Shown: positions 37,702 to 48,207 of the stretch, one piece after another | How the letters are laid out: every line of letters starts with the position of its first letter | How positions within the stretch are numbered: the first letter of the stretch is position 1 | NCBI GenBank assembly: GCA_003599055.1 | Contig: QZIM01000018.1 | Location: forward strand, 1,178 to 65,177 | From: Candidatus Woesearchaeota archaeon | GTDB taxonomy: Archaea > Nanobdellota > Nanobdellia > Woesearchaeales > ARS49 | Length of the DNA: 64,000 bases | Direction: 5' to 3' | Notes under the pieces: generated by a model | What the model saw: the letters and a program-made list of their open reading frames with translations, nothing else | Databases searched by the model: none | Told to the model about the DNA's origin: nothing | Position numbers and translations under genes: made by a program

Positions 37702-38634
37702 ATGCCAAAACAAGAACCCAAAAAAAGCAAGCTCACCACCGTATCCGAACTTTTCATCCTCTTTGGCAACATCCTTAAATTTACCGTCATTGCATTCTTC
37801 ACCCTCTTTATCCTTAGCGCGCTTGGCAGCGCCCTTGGAGAAGGATTAAAACAAGGAAACGTCGCAGTCATCCCAATCAAAGGATTAATTGCAAACGGCG
37901 ATATCGCATTCCAAAGCGTCGCTGACGCAGACGACATCGTTGACCTCATTGAAGAAGCGCAGGAAAGTGCAGACATCAAGGCAATTCTCCTTGACATCGA
38001 CAGCCCGGGAGGAACCCCCGTTGCAACCGACCAAATCGCCCACGCAGTCAAGAAAGCAAACAAGACCACCATTGCCGTCATCGGCGAAGCAGGAGCGAGC
38101 GGCGCATACTGGATAGCCAGCGCCGCAGACAAAATCTACGCCAACCGAATGAGCATCACCGGCTCAATTGGCGTTCAGGCAAGCAGACTTGAATTCGGCG
38201 GACTGCTTGCAGACTATAACGTTACTTACCGCCGCCTCGTCGCAGGCAAATACAAAGACATCGGAACCAACCTTCGCGAAATGACCCGCGAAGAACAGGA
38301 CATCTACCAAAAAGTCCTTGACGACCTCCACACAGAATTTATCAGCGCAGTTGCGGAAAACCGCGGGCTGGATGCCGCGCACGTGCGCAACCTGAGCACC
38401 GGACTTGTCTTTTTAGGCAGCGAAGCCAAAAAATTGGGCCTTGTTGACGAACTCGGCGGCAAAGATGAAGCACTTGACTATCTCTCAGAGATGCTTAATA
38501 TCACTGCAGAACCCGTCAGTTATGAAAAGCCAAAAACATTCTTTGAAGAACTCGCCGGCGTCACCAGCAATGCGTTTTACAATATGGGACGCGGGATGAC
38601 TGCGCAAAACGCGCCTGTTGTTTCATTCACGTAA
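37702..38634 (+). CDS. sppA: Signal peptide peptidase SppA (S49)
   Basis: IDSPGG, GASGAYWIASAAD, TGSIGV, GKYKD, GLVDELG. Confidence 0.95.
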   Translation: MPKQEPKKSKLTTVSELFILFGNILKFTVIAFFTLFILSALGSALGEGLKQGNVAVIPIKGLIANGDIAFQSVADADDIVDLIEEAQESADIKAILLDIDSPGGTPVATDQIAHAVKKANKTTIAVIGEAGASGAYWIASAADKIYANRMSITGSIGVQASRLEFGGLLADYNVTYRRLVAGKYKDIGTNLREMTREEQDIYQKVLDDLHTEFISAVAENRGLDAAHVRNLSTGLVFLGSEAKKLGLVDELGGKDEALDYLSEMLNITAEPVSYEKPKTFFEELAGVTSNAFYNMGRGMTAQNAPVVSFT

Positions 38635-39060
38635 AGTCGCGCGTGAGCCCACACGAATTCCCGAACGCGCAGAAGCGCCGGCGTTCACTTCCAACACATA
38701 CCGTGCAGGAACTGATACATATGTTGGGCACGGGTCTTCCGTGCAGGGCGGAACGTTTTCCTTTACCTCAACTACTGTAAAGTTTTCATCCAGATAAATC
38801 ATATCCAGCGGAATGAGCGTGTTCTTCATCCAAAAGCCGCGCGGAGCAGTATCGTCAAAAATGAAAAGCATCCCTGCATCGTCTGCAAGCGACTCCCGAA
38901 ACATTAAGCCCTGCTGTTTTTCAACAGCAGTCCTTGCAACCTCCAGCGTAAAAGACGCGTTTTCAAAAGAAATAGCCGGCACCTGTCCAACTGATTGCGG
39001 TTGGGTGCAGGCCAAAAAGAACAAGAGAAAAACTACTTTAAGCCCATCTGACTTTTCCAA
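38623..39060 (-). CDS. DUF192 domain lipoprotein
   Basis: FLAC lipobox; GLMFRE, GMLFIF, FWMKNTLIPLD, YVLEVNAG. Start uncertain. Confidence 0.9.
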   Translation of the reverse strand: MEKSDGLKVVFLLFFLACTQPQSVGQVPAISFENASFTLEVARTAVEKQQGLMFRESLADDAGMLFIFDDTAPRGFWMKNTLIPLDMIYLDENFTVVEVKENVPPCTEDPCPTYVSVPARYVLEVNAGASARSGIRVGSRATLRE

Positions 39061-39731
39061 ATCGGCACCTCATACGCCATCGGCTCTTTTTCCAATTTGA
39101 CAATCCCTGCCTCAATGAGGTCATCCACATTCACCATATTCACCCGCTCATCAGCAATACGCGGACAGGCAGTATTCACCCAAAAATCAATGAACGGAAA
39201 ATTTTCAAACTGGCGCATATCAAGCTCATCGCACGCGAAAATGAAATACTCCTTGTCCGCCCTCTTTGCGAGCTCCAATGCCCGCACCAAATTCTTCTGG
39301 CCAATCTTCGTGCTTACAATAATTCCGACAGACTTCGCGTGCAGGAATTTTGCGAGCTCGGCCATCTTGCGGCCCCCGTACACTATCGCCGCCTTGTCAC
39401 TGAGTTGCCCGAGTTCCTGCGCAGCAGGATTCCAAAGCCACACTTCCTGATTCGTCTTCAGCGCGACATTAATCGGATGGAACTCACCACTTCCAACAAA
39501 AAGCCAGCGGTCAACCTTGTCCTTGAGCTTCTCGGCCGCAATCGCGTTACAGCCAAGCACCTGTCCTCCAGAAACCGCTCCCTTAAGCTGCGCAAGCACA
39601 TCCCCAATCTTGTGCTCGTGCTGAATGGTCGTCACAACACCCCAACGGCATTTCGGCAGGAGCGCAAGCTTATCACTTGGCAATCTGATATCACGATTGC
39701 TCCTTGCGTGCACGTGCATTATCTTCATCAT
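39033..39731 (-). CDS. dph2: Diphthamide synthesis protein Dph2 (short form)
   Basis: TTIQH, GQVLGC, G.GEFHP, STK.GQ, VNTACPRI. Confidence 0.85.
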   Translation of the reverse strand: MMKIMHVHARSNRDIRLPSDKLALLPKCRWGVVTTIQHEHKIGDVLAQLKGAVSGGQVLGCNAIAAEKLKDKVDRWLFVGSGEFHPINVALKTNQEVWLWNPAAQELGQLSDKAAIVYGGRKMAELAKFLHAKSVGIIVSTKIGQKNLVRALELAKRADKEYFIFACDELDMRQFENFPFIDFWVNTACPRIADERVNMVNVDDLIEAGIVKLEKEPMAYEVPIWKSQMGLK

Positions 39732-39819
39732 CACCGCAAAAATCCCCGGCACGGTTTAAAAAGGTATTGCCTGCCCTCAAGAGAAACCATTAAATAACGC
39801 GCACGACTCAAAAACAAGG

Positions 39820-40056
39820 ATGGATACCGTCCAACTCGCCATGCTTATCGGGATAATCGTTTTGGCACTTGTCGCGCTCAAAATCATTGCAGGAACCGTC
39901 CGCATCTTCGTCAGTTTAGGGCTCATCTTCCTCGCAATAGGAATTATGCTGTCCATTTATACCGGACAAGACCTCTTCGGCGTCGGGCCCGCAGTCGGCT
40001 ATGTCGTCCACACCGTTAACGAAACCGTCCGGACCGTGCCCCTTCCCTTACCTTAG
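39820..40056 (+). CDS. Small membrane protein
   Basis: Two hydrophobic helices; own TTAAATA promoter. Confidence 0.55.
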   Translation: MDTVQLAMLIGIIVLALVALKIIAGTVRIFVSLGLIFLAIGIMLSIYTGQDLFGVGPAVGYVVHTVNETVRTVPLPLP

Positions 40057-40783
40057 CCCACAATTGCGGAATTACCTTTTTTGCAAGCGGCTGCAAGTTG
40101 ATGATGTCCTCCTCATTATACCAAACCAGCTTCTCCAAATAGTCACGCTCACCCGTACTCTTCCACATCTGCCACAAATACACCGCATCCTCTCCCGTAA
40201 AACCTTCCACCTCCCTGCGCCGCCGCAAACCGATTTCCCTTTCAATCGCCTTAAGACCGCCTACAAGCCCCACTTTTTGGCAGACGAACCGCAAGTCAAT
40301 ATGCGGGACCTCACTCTTAAAGCCAAAATAACGCTCAAGAACCGGCAGGTCAAATGATGCACCATTAAATGTTATCAGCATTTTGTACCTCGACAATTCA
40401 CGAAGAAATACTGTGCGGTCCAAATTAAAGCCGCGCACGAACGTCTTCGTATCCTTGCCGTCATAGAGCCCGACCACCGTGACACCCCCGTAATAGCCGT
40501 CCGTTTCAATATCAAGAAAAACCGCATCATCCCTGAACAAGTCATACAACCTCCAGTGGTCCTGCCTGCGCAAAACGGAATGAAAAAAAGCGCCGTCCTC
40601 TTCCCTTGCACGCGCCTTTGCCACTTTAAGCCGTTCATCAAAGAGCGCCTTGCGCACACCACTGAGCCCCTTGATACGCGATGCACCAAGAAAGTCATCC
40701 CACGAATGCACGCCTCCTGACCAGATACACTGCTCTTTGCGCTCGCGAACACCCGGCAAAATCACAAAAGACTGGTCCAGCAT
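40016..40783 (-). CDS. RNase H-fold (YprB/DnaQ-like) exonuclease
   Basis: FLDIET, TFNGASFDLP, HIDL, GGLKAIE, YNEED. Confidence 0.9.
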   Translation of the reverse strand: MLDQSFVILPGVRERKEQCIWSGGVHSWDDFLGASRIKGLSGVRKALFDERLKVAKARAREEDGAFFHSVLRRQDHWRLYDLFRDDAVFLDIETDGYYGGVTVVGLYDGKDTKTFVRGFNLDRTVFLRELSRYKMLITFNGASFDLPVLERYFGFKSEVPHIDLRFVCQKVGLVGGLKAIEREIGLRRRREVEGFTGEDAVYLWQMWKSTGERDYLEKLVWYNEEDIINLQPLAKKVIPQLWAKVREGARSGRFR

Positions 40784-40848
40784 TACCGACGACAACAATG
40801 CAGAAGATTTATAAACCATCTGACCGCCCCTGTCCAGTGGAGAAGAAT

Positions 40849-41676
40849 ATGCCCGCACCACTCTTACACATCGACAGCTGCAAACGGCTCTTTGAACAGT
40901 TCAAGCTCCGCAAGGCAACCCTTCATTTCGCCCTTGTCGCCGTCGGCTCTGTCCTCACCGACCTTGAAGAAATGGGCGTTGTCAAAGGACTTCACTGGAA
41001 AGCAGAATCATTCCTTGCCTATCTTCTCAAAACAGACCCCAAATACGCTCCCCTTGCCATCGGCATGATTATGCACGAAGAAATGGACCGCACACTCGAC
41101 ACCCACTACGTTGAGCCCAACATTCCCCGCGCGGAAAAAATCCTCAAAAAATTCAACAGCCAAATGTTTGCAAACGAAGGCCACTACTTCCTTGACCACG
41201 CGATGACCTGTGCATTTGTCTCAGATAACCCCTGCGTTGTGCGCATTGCGGAACGCGCCAAAAAAAGGCTCAAAGACAAGCACCTGCACAAAATCGCATA
41301 CCACCTCAGCACCTTCTTTGGCGGAGACGAACAGGGCATCCTCTCTGCCCTTCACCACTTCAAGCACTTTGATATGGCAACCTACCTGTCCGATGAAAAA
41401 ACCGCAGACATGTACGGAAAATTCAGCCTGCTTCGCGACGGATTCAGCCCGGACAAACGCAGCACCCTTGACAAAATCAAGCTTGCCCTGCGCTACCTCC
41501 AATTTATCCTCAGCAACAAAAAATACCTCATCCTTGAAGCAACCCAGCACGCAAAAAAAGAATTCCGCAACCACAACCACGCATACAACCTTGCCTGCAC
41601 CGCGATGAGCAAGCGATTTGCCAAACTGCACGCCAAACACCACCTCTCCTTCAAGAAATTCTCGAAAGCCTTATAA
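40849..41676 (+). CDS. Hypothetical protein, possibly Zn-dependent phospholipase C/nuclease-like
   Basis: MPAPLLH, GSVLTD, H, GMIMHEEMD...H, GHYFLD pattern. Confidence 0.5.
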   Translation: MPAPLLHIDSCKRLFEQFKLRKATLHFALVAVGSVLTDLEEMGVVKGLHWKAESFLAYLLKTDPKYAPLAIGMIMHEEMDRTLDTHYVEPNIPRAEKILKKFNSQMFANEGHYFLDHAMTCAFVSDNPCVVRIAERAKKRLKDKHLHKIAYHLSTFFGGDEQGILSALHHFKHFDMATYLSDEKTADMYGKFSLLRDGFSPDKRSTLDKIKLALRYLQFILSNKKYLILEATQHAKKEFRNHNHAYNLACTAMSKRFAKLHAKHHLSFKKFSKAL

Positions 41677-41703
41677 ACCCACTTCGGGTTTTTCCGAAAA
41701 CAG

Positions 41704-42045
41704 ATGAGCAAGAAAGAAGAAGCGGCAGCGCAACAACAGCAGCAGGAAGAAGAAATCCGAAGAACACCCATCCCGCGAGGACGGCAAGTCTTGGGCATCT
41801 GCGAACAGCGCGTTGGCGGCTCCCGTATGAAAGTACGCTGCATGGACGGAAAGACCCGCATCTGCAGAATCCCCGGACGCCTGAAACGGCGCCTGTGGGT
41901 CCGCGAAAACGACATCCTCCTCATTGAACCCTGGGAACTCGGCGGCGATGAAAAGGGCGATGTCATCTTCAAATACCGCCCCCTCCAAGTTGATGTCCTG
42001 CGCAGAAAAGGACTCCTTAAGGAAATGACCAAAGAAGAATTCTAA
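41704..42045 (+). CDS. eif1a: Translation initiation factor aIF1A
   Basis: V.CMDGKTR.CRIPGRLKRRLWVRE.D..L.EPWE....KGDV..KY. Confidence 0.97.
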   Translation: MSKKEEAAAQQQQQEEEIRRTPIPRGRQVLGICEQRVGGSRMKVRCMDGKTRICRIPGRLKRRLWVRENDILLIEPWELGGDEKGDVIFKYRPLQVDVLRRKGLLKEMTKEEF

Positions 42046-42046
42046 G

Positions 42047-42304
42047 ATGGAAAACAGCATCTATGACCGAATCGGACCACTCGGCACCCTTGATGTTCTG
42101 CTCACCGCAACACCCTGGTATGCGCTTCCCGCAATGCCCCTTACCTTTATCACCTACCGGCAGCTTTTGCGAACCTCAAACAACATCGGCGAACTTGAAG
42201 AATCACACGTCCACCTGCGCTCGGCAAGCGCCTGGTACTGCTACGCCCGCCCGCTGCACCGCATCGCCCAAAGAAAACTTCGCGAATCCTACGGTGTTCG
42301 CTGA
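42047..42304 (+). CDS. Hypothetical protein
   Basis: ATG directly after the aIF1A stop; fills the gap. Confidence 0.45.
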   Translation: MENSIYDRIGPLGTLDVLLTATPWYALPAMPLTFITYRQLLRTSNNIGELEESHVHLRSASAWYCYARPLHRIAQRKLRESYGVR

Positions 42305-42516
42305 GAAAAATTAAGCCCGCAACGCGAATCCTCAACCCACCCGCTGTACGCCGCGCAACTCCCCTTGCACTGCCGATATTTGTAGCCAATCCCGTTCTCA
42401 TCAAAACCACAATCAGGAAGCAAAAAACACTGGCACGACTCCGAGAACTTGGCCTCCGCGCCAACCAAGAAAAACAGCAGCAAAGACACTGCCGCGGTTA
42501 ACTTGAACAAGTCCAT
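42289..42516 (-). CDS. Small secreted Cys-rich peptide
   Basis: Signal peptide ending AEA; six Cys; TTTTATA promoter upstream. Confidence 0.5.
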   Translation of the reverse strand: MDLFKLTAAVSLLLFFLVGAEAKFSESCQCFLLPDCGFDENGIGYKYRQCKGSCAAYSGWVEDSRCGLNFSQRTP

Positions 42517-42635
42517 TGCGCGATGAAGCATACCCGAACGATACCTTACGCCCTATAAAAAAGTGCAGTGCAACTCGCACGTTATGACACAAGTGCGTCA
42601 TCACATTTACAAATAATGCCCCGCAAGAATACCGT

Positions 42636-43115
42636 ATGAGAAAAACCCTTTGCGCACTCATCCTTGCAAGCGGATGCGCAGGACCCTGTGTCCAAGACTG
42701 CGCGGAGCGAACGGTCCGGTTTGAAGATGCAATCAGCAGATGCGAGCGCGCACTCGAAACACAAAATCCCCTTGAGAGAGACTCATTTGGCATCTCATTC
42801 TCCCTTGCCGCGCGCGAGCTTCTTGGAACACCCCATATCACCTCGCGCATACAAGACATCTACCGACTTGACCCCGGGCACTTCCGCGCACAGCGCGAAA
42901 CACTCCTTGACCTTTACGAAGATGCAATAACCCGCGACCCACGGCTTGCCCGCCAGGAACTCAGCCTCATTGAAAAAGAATCGTACACGGAAAGGCAGTT
43001 CACTCCCGAACAAGTCGCTGAAACGGTACGAGACGCACACGCCCCCCGCACGTACAACCCCGTCCTCAAATGGCTCAAAGGCACATTCGGCTGGCTTGTG
43101 CGCAGCCCCTATTAG
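42636..43115 (+). CDS. Putative lipoprotein
   Basis: MRKTLCALILASGC lipobox. Confidence 0.55.
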   Translation: MRKTLCALILASGCAGPCVQDCAERTVRFEDAISRCERALETQNPLERDSFGISFSLAARELLGTPHITSRIQDIYRLDPGHFRAQRETLLDLYEDAITRDPRLARQELSLIEKESYTERQFTPEQVAETVRDAHAPRTYNPVLKWLKGTFGWLVRSPY

Positions 43116-44023
43116 TGCTTTGCGCCCGTCACGAACTTGTACGCCTCAAGCGCGGCAACCGCGCCGTGCCCCGCACTGATAACGGTCTGCTTATACGGAA
43201 CACTCGTCAAATCACCGCACGCATACAGCCCGGGCGTTTTCGTCCTCAGCAGCACATCAACCACGATTTCACCCGCCTGATTCGTCTCCACAAGACCCGC
43301 CACCATCCCCGTGTGCGTCTCCCAGCCAATCTCCGAGAAAATGCCCTGCACGGGAAGCTCCCTTCGTTCTTTTGAAACCGCATCCTCAACAACCAACGAC
43401 TTCACAAATTTATCCCCCTTAATCTCCGCAGGGGACGCATTCAGGATAATCTCAATTTTCGGCTCTGCCCGCGCCTTCTCCACCGTCACCTCATCCGCGC
43501 GGAACCGGTCCCTCCGATGGACAAGATACACCTTTCGCGCGATTCGCGCAAGCTCAAGCGCACCCTCAACCGCACTGTTGCCCCCGCCAATCACGACCGT
43601 GTCCTTATTCGGAAACAGCGGAGCATCGCACGTCGTGCACGTGCTCAAACCGCGGCCGAAGAACTGGTCCTCACCCGGAATGTTCAGCTTTCGGCGCTCA
43701 CGACCATAACACAAAATAACCGCCCTTGACTCCATCTTTTCGCCGGAATCAAGCTCAAGCGTAAAATGGCCCGCGTGCGTTACCTTTGTAACTCTTGCTT
43801 CCTTTACCTGCACGCCCCACTTTTTTGCCTGCGCCCAAAACTTCTTCATCAACTCAGGACCCGGACCCTCATAGCCCGGATAGTTTTGGATGTCATTTGT
43901 CGAGTTCGTCTCACCGCCGATATTCGGACCGGTAACAAGAACCGCATTGAGCTTTTTTCTCCCCGCATAAATTGCCGCAGTCAACCCCGCAGCACCCGCG
44001 CCGATGATGATGACGTCTTCCAT
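43112..44023 (-). CDS. trxB: Thioredoxin reductase
   Basis: IIGAGAAG, GLSTCTTCD, IGGGNSA.E, HRRD.FRA, GLYACGD. Confidence 0.95.
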   Translation of the reverse strand: MEDVIIIGAGAAGLTAAIYAGRKKLNAVLVTGPNIGGETNSTNDIQNYPGYEGPGPELMKKFWAQAKKWGVQVKEARVTKVTHAGHFTLELDSGEKMESRAVILCYGRERRKLNIPGEDQFFGRGLSTCTTCDAPLFPNKDTVVIGGGNSAVEGALELARIARKVYLVHRRDRFRADEVTVEKARAEPKIEIILNASPAEIKGDKFVKSLVVEDAVSKERRELPVQGIFSEIGWETHTGMVAGLVETNQAGEIVVDVLLRTKTPGLYACGDLTSVPYKQTVISAGHGAVAALEAYKFVTGAKH

Positions 44024-44170
44024 AAAAAAACACCTCGCCCAGAACGATAAAACGCAGCCGCCCTGCCAACATTAAAAACCTTTCCTTTACCGACGCCGAA
44101 GACCAAAACCCTGAAATGTCACTCCTCCTGAATAGAAAAACTTATTAAGCGCGTGATGGGCTCTGCCCTT

Positions 44171-44599
44171 ATGCAGGAAAAAACAAAAGCACTCCTCACC
44201 GTTACCTTCATCGGGCTCGCCCTTCTCGTCTCCCTTTTGTTCCAAGTCCAACTCACCGGACCCGCCGGCCTTCACTTCTTTGCCCTGTGCGCGGCAACCC
44301 TCCTCTTTAGCATCATCCTCCTTGGCCTTTGGATAGAAGAGACGTGGGCATACCAGCTTAGCTCACTCTTCTTTGCCGGCGCACTCGCCGACATTATCTG
44401 GATGTTCACCCGAACGAACAACACCGCCCTGAGCGCCGCAGGACTTCTCCTCTCGGCCACCGGCATGATTATTGCCACGACCCGCCACAAAAGCGACGAC
44501 TACTACGCACTTGAAACATACGACCTTAAAGAAAACATCCGCGACCTCAAGAAGGAACTTGAAAGCATCAGGCGCGCAAACAAAAAAGGAAAACGATAA
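44171..44599 (+). CDS. Membrane protein, unknown function
   Basis: Four TM helices and a basic coiled-coil tail. Confidence 0.6.
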   Translation: MQEKTKALLTVTFIGLALLVSLLFQVQLTGPAGLHFFALCAATLLFSIILLGLWIEETWAYQLSSLFFAGALADIIWMFTRTNNTALSAAGLLLSATGMIIATTRHKSDDYYALETYDLKENIRDLKKELESIRRANKKGKR

Positions 44600-44644
44600 T
44601 TCTCCTTGCCTTCTTTTTCACTCTTTGACATCCCTGCAATTGCG

Positions 44645-47266
44645 CTACCTGCGCAAAAGCTTGTGCACTTCCAAATACGCAAAGCCGGCAAACGCAACTC
44701 CCGCAATAAGCAACCACTCCCCTAACGACAGCGAAACCACACCGAACACGCCCGCCAAAAACGAGGACTGCACAATGAGCACCTGCAATGCCGCCGACAA
44801 CGCCACTGCCACCCACAACCATTTGTTCCTGAACATACCCGTCATAAACACCGGCCGCCGCACTGACTTACAGCTTATCGCCTGAAACAGCTCAAAGAAC
44901 ACCAGTCCCGTGAACGCGACTGTTCGCGCCTTCTCAACACCCTCACCCAAATACCCGTCAAAAAGCCAAAGCACCCCTGCAATGACAATAATCGGGTACA
45001 CAACAACATACGGGCCGAGCCCCGACAAAATACTCGCACCCGGATTTCTGGGCTTTCTTTGCATCACATCCCCCTCCAGCGGCTCATTTGAAAGCGCAAG
45101 CGCAGGAAGGCCGTCCGTCACAAGATTAATCCACAAAATCTGAATGGCAATAAGCGGAAGCGGAAGACCAAGAAGAACTGATGAAACAATGACCAGCACT
45201 TCCGCCACGTTTCCCGAAAACAAGTATGCCACATACTTCTGAATATTGTCAAAAATCTGCCTGCCCTCCTCAATTGCGCGAACAATGCTTGCAAAATTGT
45301 CATCGGCAAGCACCATCGCGCTTGCCTCACGCGCAACATCGGTTCCCGCAAGCCCCATCGCAACCCCAAGGTCAGCGCGCTTTAACGCAGGCGCATCATT
45401 TACTCCATCACCCGTCATCGCAACCACGTGCCCGTTCTTCCTTAGCGCCTCCACAATCCGAAGCTTGTCCTTTGGGTCAACCCGCGCATAAATCCCAATC
45501 GACTCGACCTCGCGCACAAGGTCCATTGACTGCAACTCGTCACCCATCACCACTCTTCCTTCAATACCCACTTCCTTCCCAATCGCCTCTGCCGTAAGCG
45601 CGCTGTCCCCCGTAATCATCACCACCCGAATCCCCGCCGACCGGCACTTGGCAATTGCCTCCTTCACCTCCGGGCGCGGCGGGTCAATCATTGCCTGAAG
45701 GCCGACAAAAACAAGGTCCCGCTCCCAGCCCGCCTTATCCTTTGGCGACTCAATATCCTTATACGCAAACGCAAGCACCCGAAGGGCCCTTCGGGCAAAC
45801 CGCGCGTTCTCTTCCAACAGTTTTTCTTTCTCATCCTTTGTCAAACGAACAATACGCCCGTTCATTTCCATTCTTGTGCAAAGGCCAATAACCATCTCAG
45901 GAGCGCCCTTCACGCACACCATCCCCCTCCAACCGCGCGTTCCCTTCCCCACCTTATGCACCGTCGTCATCCGCTTGCGCTCACTTGAAAATGAGACCTC
46001 CGCCACCTTCGGATACTCCTCCTGAATGCGCGCAGAATCAAGACCTGCCTTTCTTGCCGCAACAATCAGCGCCGCTTCAGTCGGGTCACCAACCACCTTC
46101 CAAGAACCCCCTTCCTTTGCCACCTGCGCAGTGTTGTTCAACACACCGATTTTCAGCAGCATCTCAAACGATTTCGGACTGTGAGAAAATGCGCCGGCCG
46201 GCTCATACCCCGCACCCGCAACATCCACCACCTGCCCGTTCACAAACAACTTGCGCACCGTCATCTCGTTTTTCGTCATCGTGCCCGTCTTATCCGCACA
46301 AATCACCGTGCACGCCCCAAGCGTTTCCGCACTCGGCAAATGACGAATCAGCGCATTCTTCTTCGCCATCCGCTGAACGCCAATACTGAGCCCCACCGTA
46401 ACCACTGCGGGAAGCCCTTCCGGAATCGCCGCAACCGCAAGCGCAAGCGCCGTGAGCAGCCAAACCGTGAAATCCCCTCCTTTCAGGATACCCGCCGCGA
46501 AAATGAGGACGGCAACAACCCCGACCACAACCCCTATCTGAATGCTTAACCTTCGCAACTGGCCCTGCAGCGGAGTCTCCCCATCGCGCTCGCCACTCAG
46601 CAAATGCGCGATTTTGCCAAACTCGGTTTGCATCCCTGTCCCCACAACCACCGCCCGAGCCCGCCCCGCCACAACATCCGTTCCCGCAAACACCATATTG
46701 CTGCGTTCAGAAACCGAACATTCCTTCCCCAGCACCGACACTTTTTTTGCAACCGGAACACTCTCACCCGTCAGCGCGCTTTCCTGCGCACGCACATCGG
46801 ACGCATCCAAAAGATAGGCATCCGCCGCAACCTTCATTCCCGCCTCAAGCACCAAGATATCGCCCGGAACCACATCCTTTGCCGCTATTTCCTCAAGCCT
46901 GCCGTCACGCACCACCACTGCCTTTTGCGAAACCAACTTCCTTAGCGCCTCAATTGAGCGCTCCGCACGCCACTCCTGCGTGAATCCCAGAACCGCATTC
47001 AGAATGACAATAACACCGATTACCGCAACATCAACTGTTTCCCCGACCATTAACCCAACCGCCATCGCAACCAAAAGCACCCACACAATCGGGCTTTTGA
47101 ACTGGCGCAGCAGAATAACAAGCGGGCTTGGCGGCGGAACTTCCCGAAGCACATTCAGACCGTACACGCCAAGCCGCGCCCGCGCATCTGCCGAAGAGAG
47201 CCCATTTGCAGAAGACCTCACCTTTTCAAGAACCTCTTTTTGCGAAAGCAAATAATAGTCCGGCAT
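44645..47266 (-). CDS. P-type ATPase, Ca2+-transporting (type IIA-like)
   Basis: TGES, AIPEGLP, DKTGT, KGAPE, DPPR, TGDGVNDAPAL, WINLVTDG. Confidence 0.95.
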   Translation of the reverse strand: MPDYYLLSQKEVLEKVRSSANGLSSADARARLGVYGLNVLREVPPPSPLVILLRQFKSPIVWVLLVAMAVGLMVGETVDVAVIGVIVILNAVLGFTQEWRAERSIEALRKLVSQKAVVVRDGRLEEIAAKDVVPGDILVLEAGMKVAADAYLLDASDVRAQESALTGESVPVAKKVSVLGKECSVSERSNMVFAGTDVVAGRARAVVVGTGMQTEFGKIAHLLSGERDGETPLQGQLRRLSIQIGVVVGVVAVLIFAAGILKGGDFTVWLLTALALAVAAIPEGLPAVVTVGLSIGVQRMAKKNALIRHLPSAETLGACTVICADKTGTMTKNEMTVRKLFVNGQVVDVAGAGYEPAGAFSHSPKSFEMLLKIGVLNNTAQVAKEGGSWKVVGDPTEAALIVAARKAGLDSARIQEEYPKVAEVSFSSERKRMTTVHKVGKGTRGWRGMVCVKGAPEMVIGLCTRMEMNGRIVRLTKDEKEKLLEENARFARRALRVLAFAYKDIESPKDKAGWERDLVFVGLQAMIDPPRPEVKEAIAKCRSAGIRVVMITGDSALTAEAIGKEVGIEGRVVMGDELQSMDLVREVESIGIYARVDPKDKLRIVEALRKNGHVVAMTGDGVNDAPALKRADLGVAMGLAGTDVAREASAMVLADDNFASIVRAIEEGRQIFDNIQKYVAYLFSGNVAEVLVIVSSVLLGLPLPLIAIQILWINLVTDGLPALALSNEPLEGDVMQRKPRNPGASILSGLGPYVVVYPIIVIAGVLWLFDGYLGEGVEKARTVAFTGLVFFELFQAISCKSVRRPVFMTGMFRNKWLWVAVALSAALQVLIVQSSFLAGVFGVVSLSLGEWLLIAGVAFAGFAYLEVHKLLRR

Positions 47267-47355
47267 TGTGCCTGCACAGGAACGAGCTTATATATAGTTA
47301 ACGCGCAAGCATTAAAAACAAGCGCTGCATCAACAACCCAAAAAAAGGTGATGAC

Positions 47356-48207
47356 ATGACTTCCGCACAAGACCTGCTTGACAAGAACTACACCCGCATC
47401 GACGTCGAAGACACCGTCGGCAAACTCTTTGGAACCCTCAAGAAAAACCGCGTCTCATCCGCACTCGTGTTCCGCAAAGAAACCTACCTTGGCGTTATCG
47501 AAAAACACTTCCTTGCACACTCACGCCTTGACCCCGCAGTCACGAAAGTCAAAAACGCGGTCAAAAAACGAAGCCGCGCAAGAACTCCGTTCTTTGTCCC
47601 CGCGCTCAAGCCAACCGACGACCTGCACACGATGAGCAAACTATTCTCCGCTTCCGGGGTGAGCCAGCTTCCCGTCATAGAAAAAGGAAAAATCCTCGGC
47701 GTTGTTCACTCCGATGACGTCGCCCAAGAAGTGTGCAAAGAGTACGCCGGCGTCACGTGCGACCTTCTTGCATCGACCAAGCTCAAAGTCTGCCGCCTTG
47801 ACGACCCCGTCAGCTCTGCAATGAAAACGCTCAGCTCGGAAGGAATCGACCATTTGCCCGTCATTGACCGCGACGGAACCCTTGCAGGAATTGTCAGCAC
47901 CACAGACCTTTTGCGCAGCGGCCAGCTCTGGGACACAGACTCCCAGCGCGTCCCCGGCGCAGCGCAACATCAAGGATTCAAAAAATCAGGCTACGACCAC
48001 GGCGAGAAAATCAGCGGCCTGAACGTTCCCGTCAAGAATTTTACCAGCAAAAAGTCAATTTGCTGCGCGCCCCCCTCCACCAAAGTCAAAGATGCAATCA
48101 CCCAAATGCGCAAGGCAGGAGTGCACACCCTTATCCTTGTCAAGAACCAAAAGCCCGTCGGCATCCTGACCGTGAAAGACATTCTCAACGATTACGCAAA
48201 ATCATAA
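47356..48207 (+). CDS. CBS domain protein
   Basis: Repeated LPVI..G...GIV/LT..DL CBS motifs. Confidence 0.88.
   Translation: MTSAQDLLDKNYTRIDVEDTVGKLFGTLKKNRVSSALVFRKETYLGVIEKHFLAHSRLDPAVTKVKNAVKKRSRARTPFFVPALKPTDDLHTMSKLFSASGVSQLPVIEKGKILGVVHSDDVAQEVCKEYAGVTCDLLASTKLKVCRLDDPVSSAMKTLSSEGIDHLPVIDRDGTLAGIVSTTDLLRSGQLWDTDSQRVPGAAQHQGFKKSGYDHGEKISGLNVPVKNFTSKKSICCAPPSTKVKDAITQMRKAGVHTLILVKNQKPVGILTVKDILNDYAKS

Noticed and set aside
41716-41754. Poly-Gln/Glu tract in aIF1A
   Set aside because: An ordinary low-complexity N-terminal tail with mixed codons.
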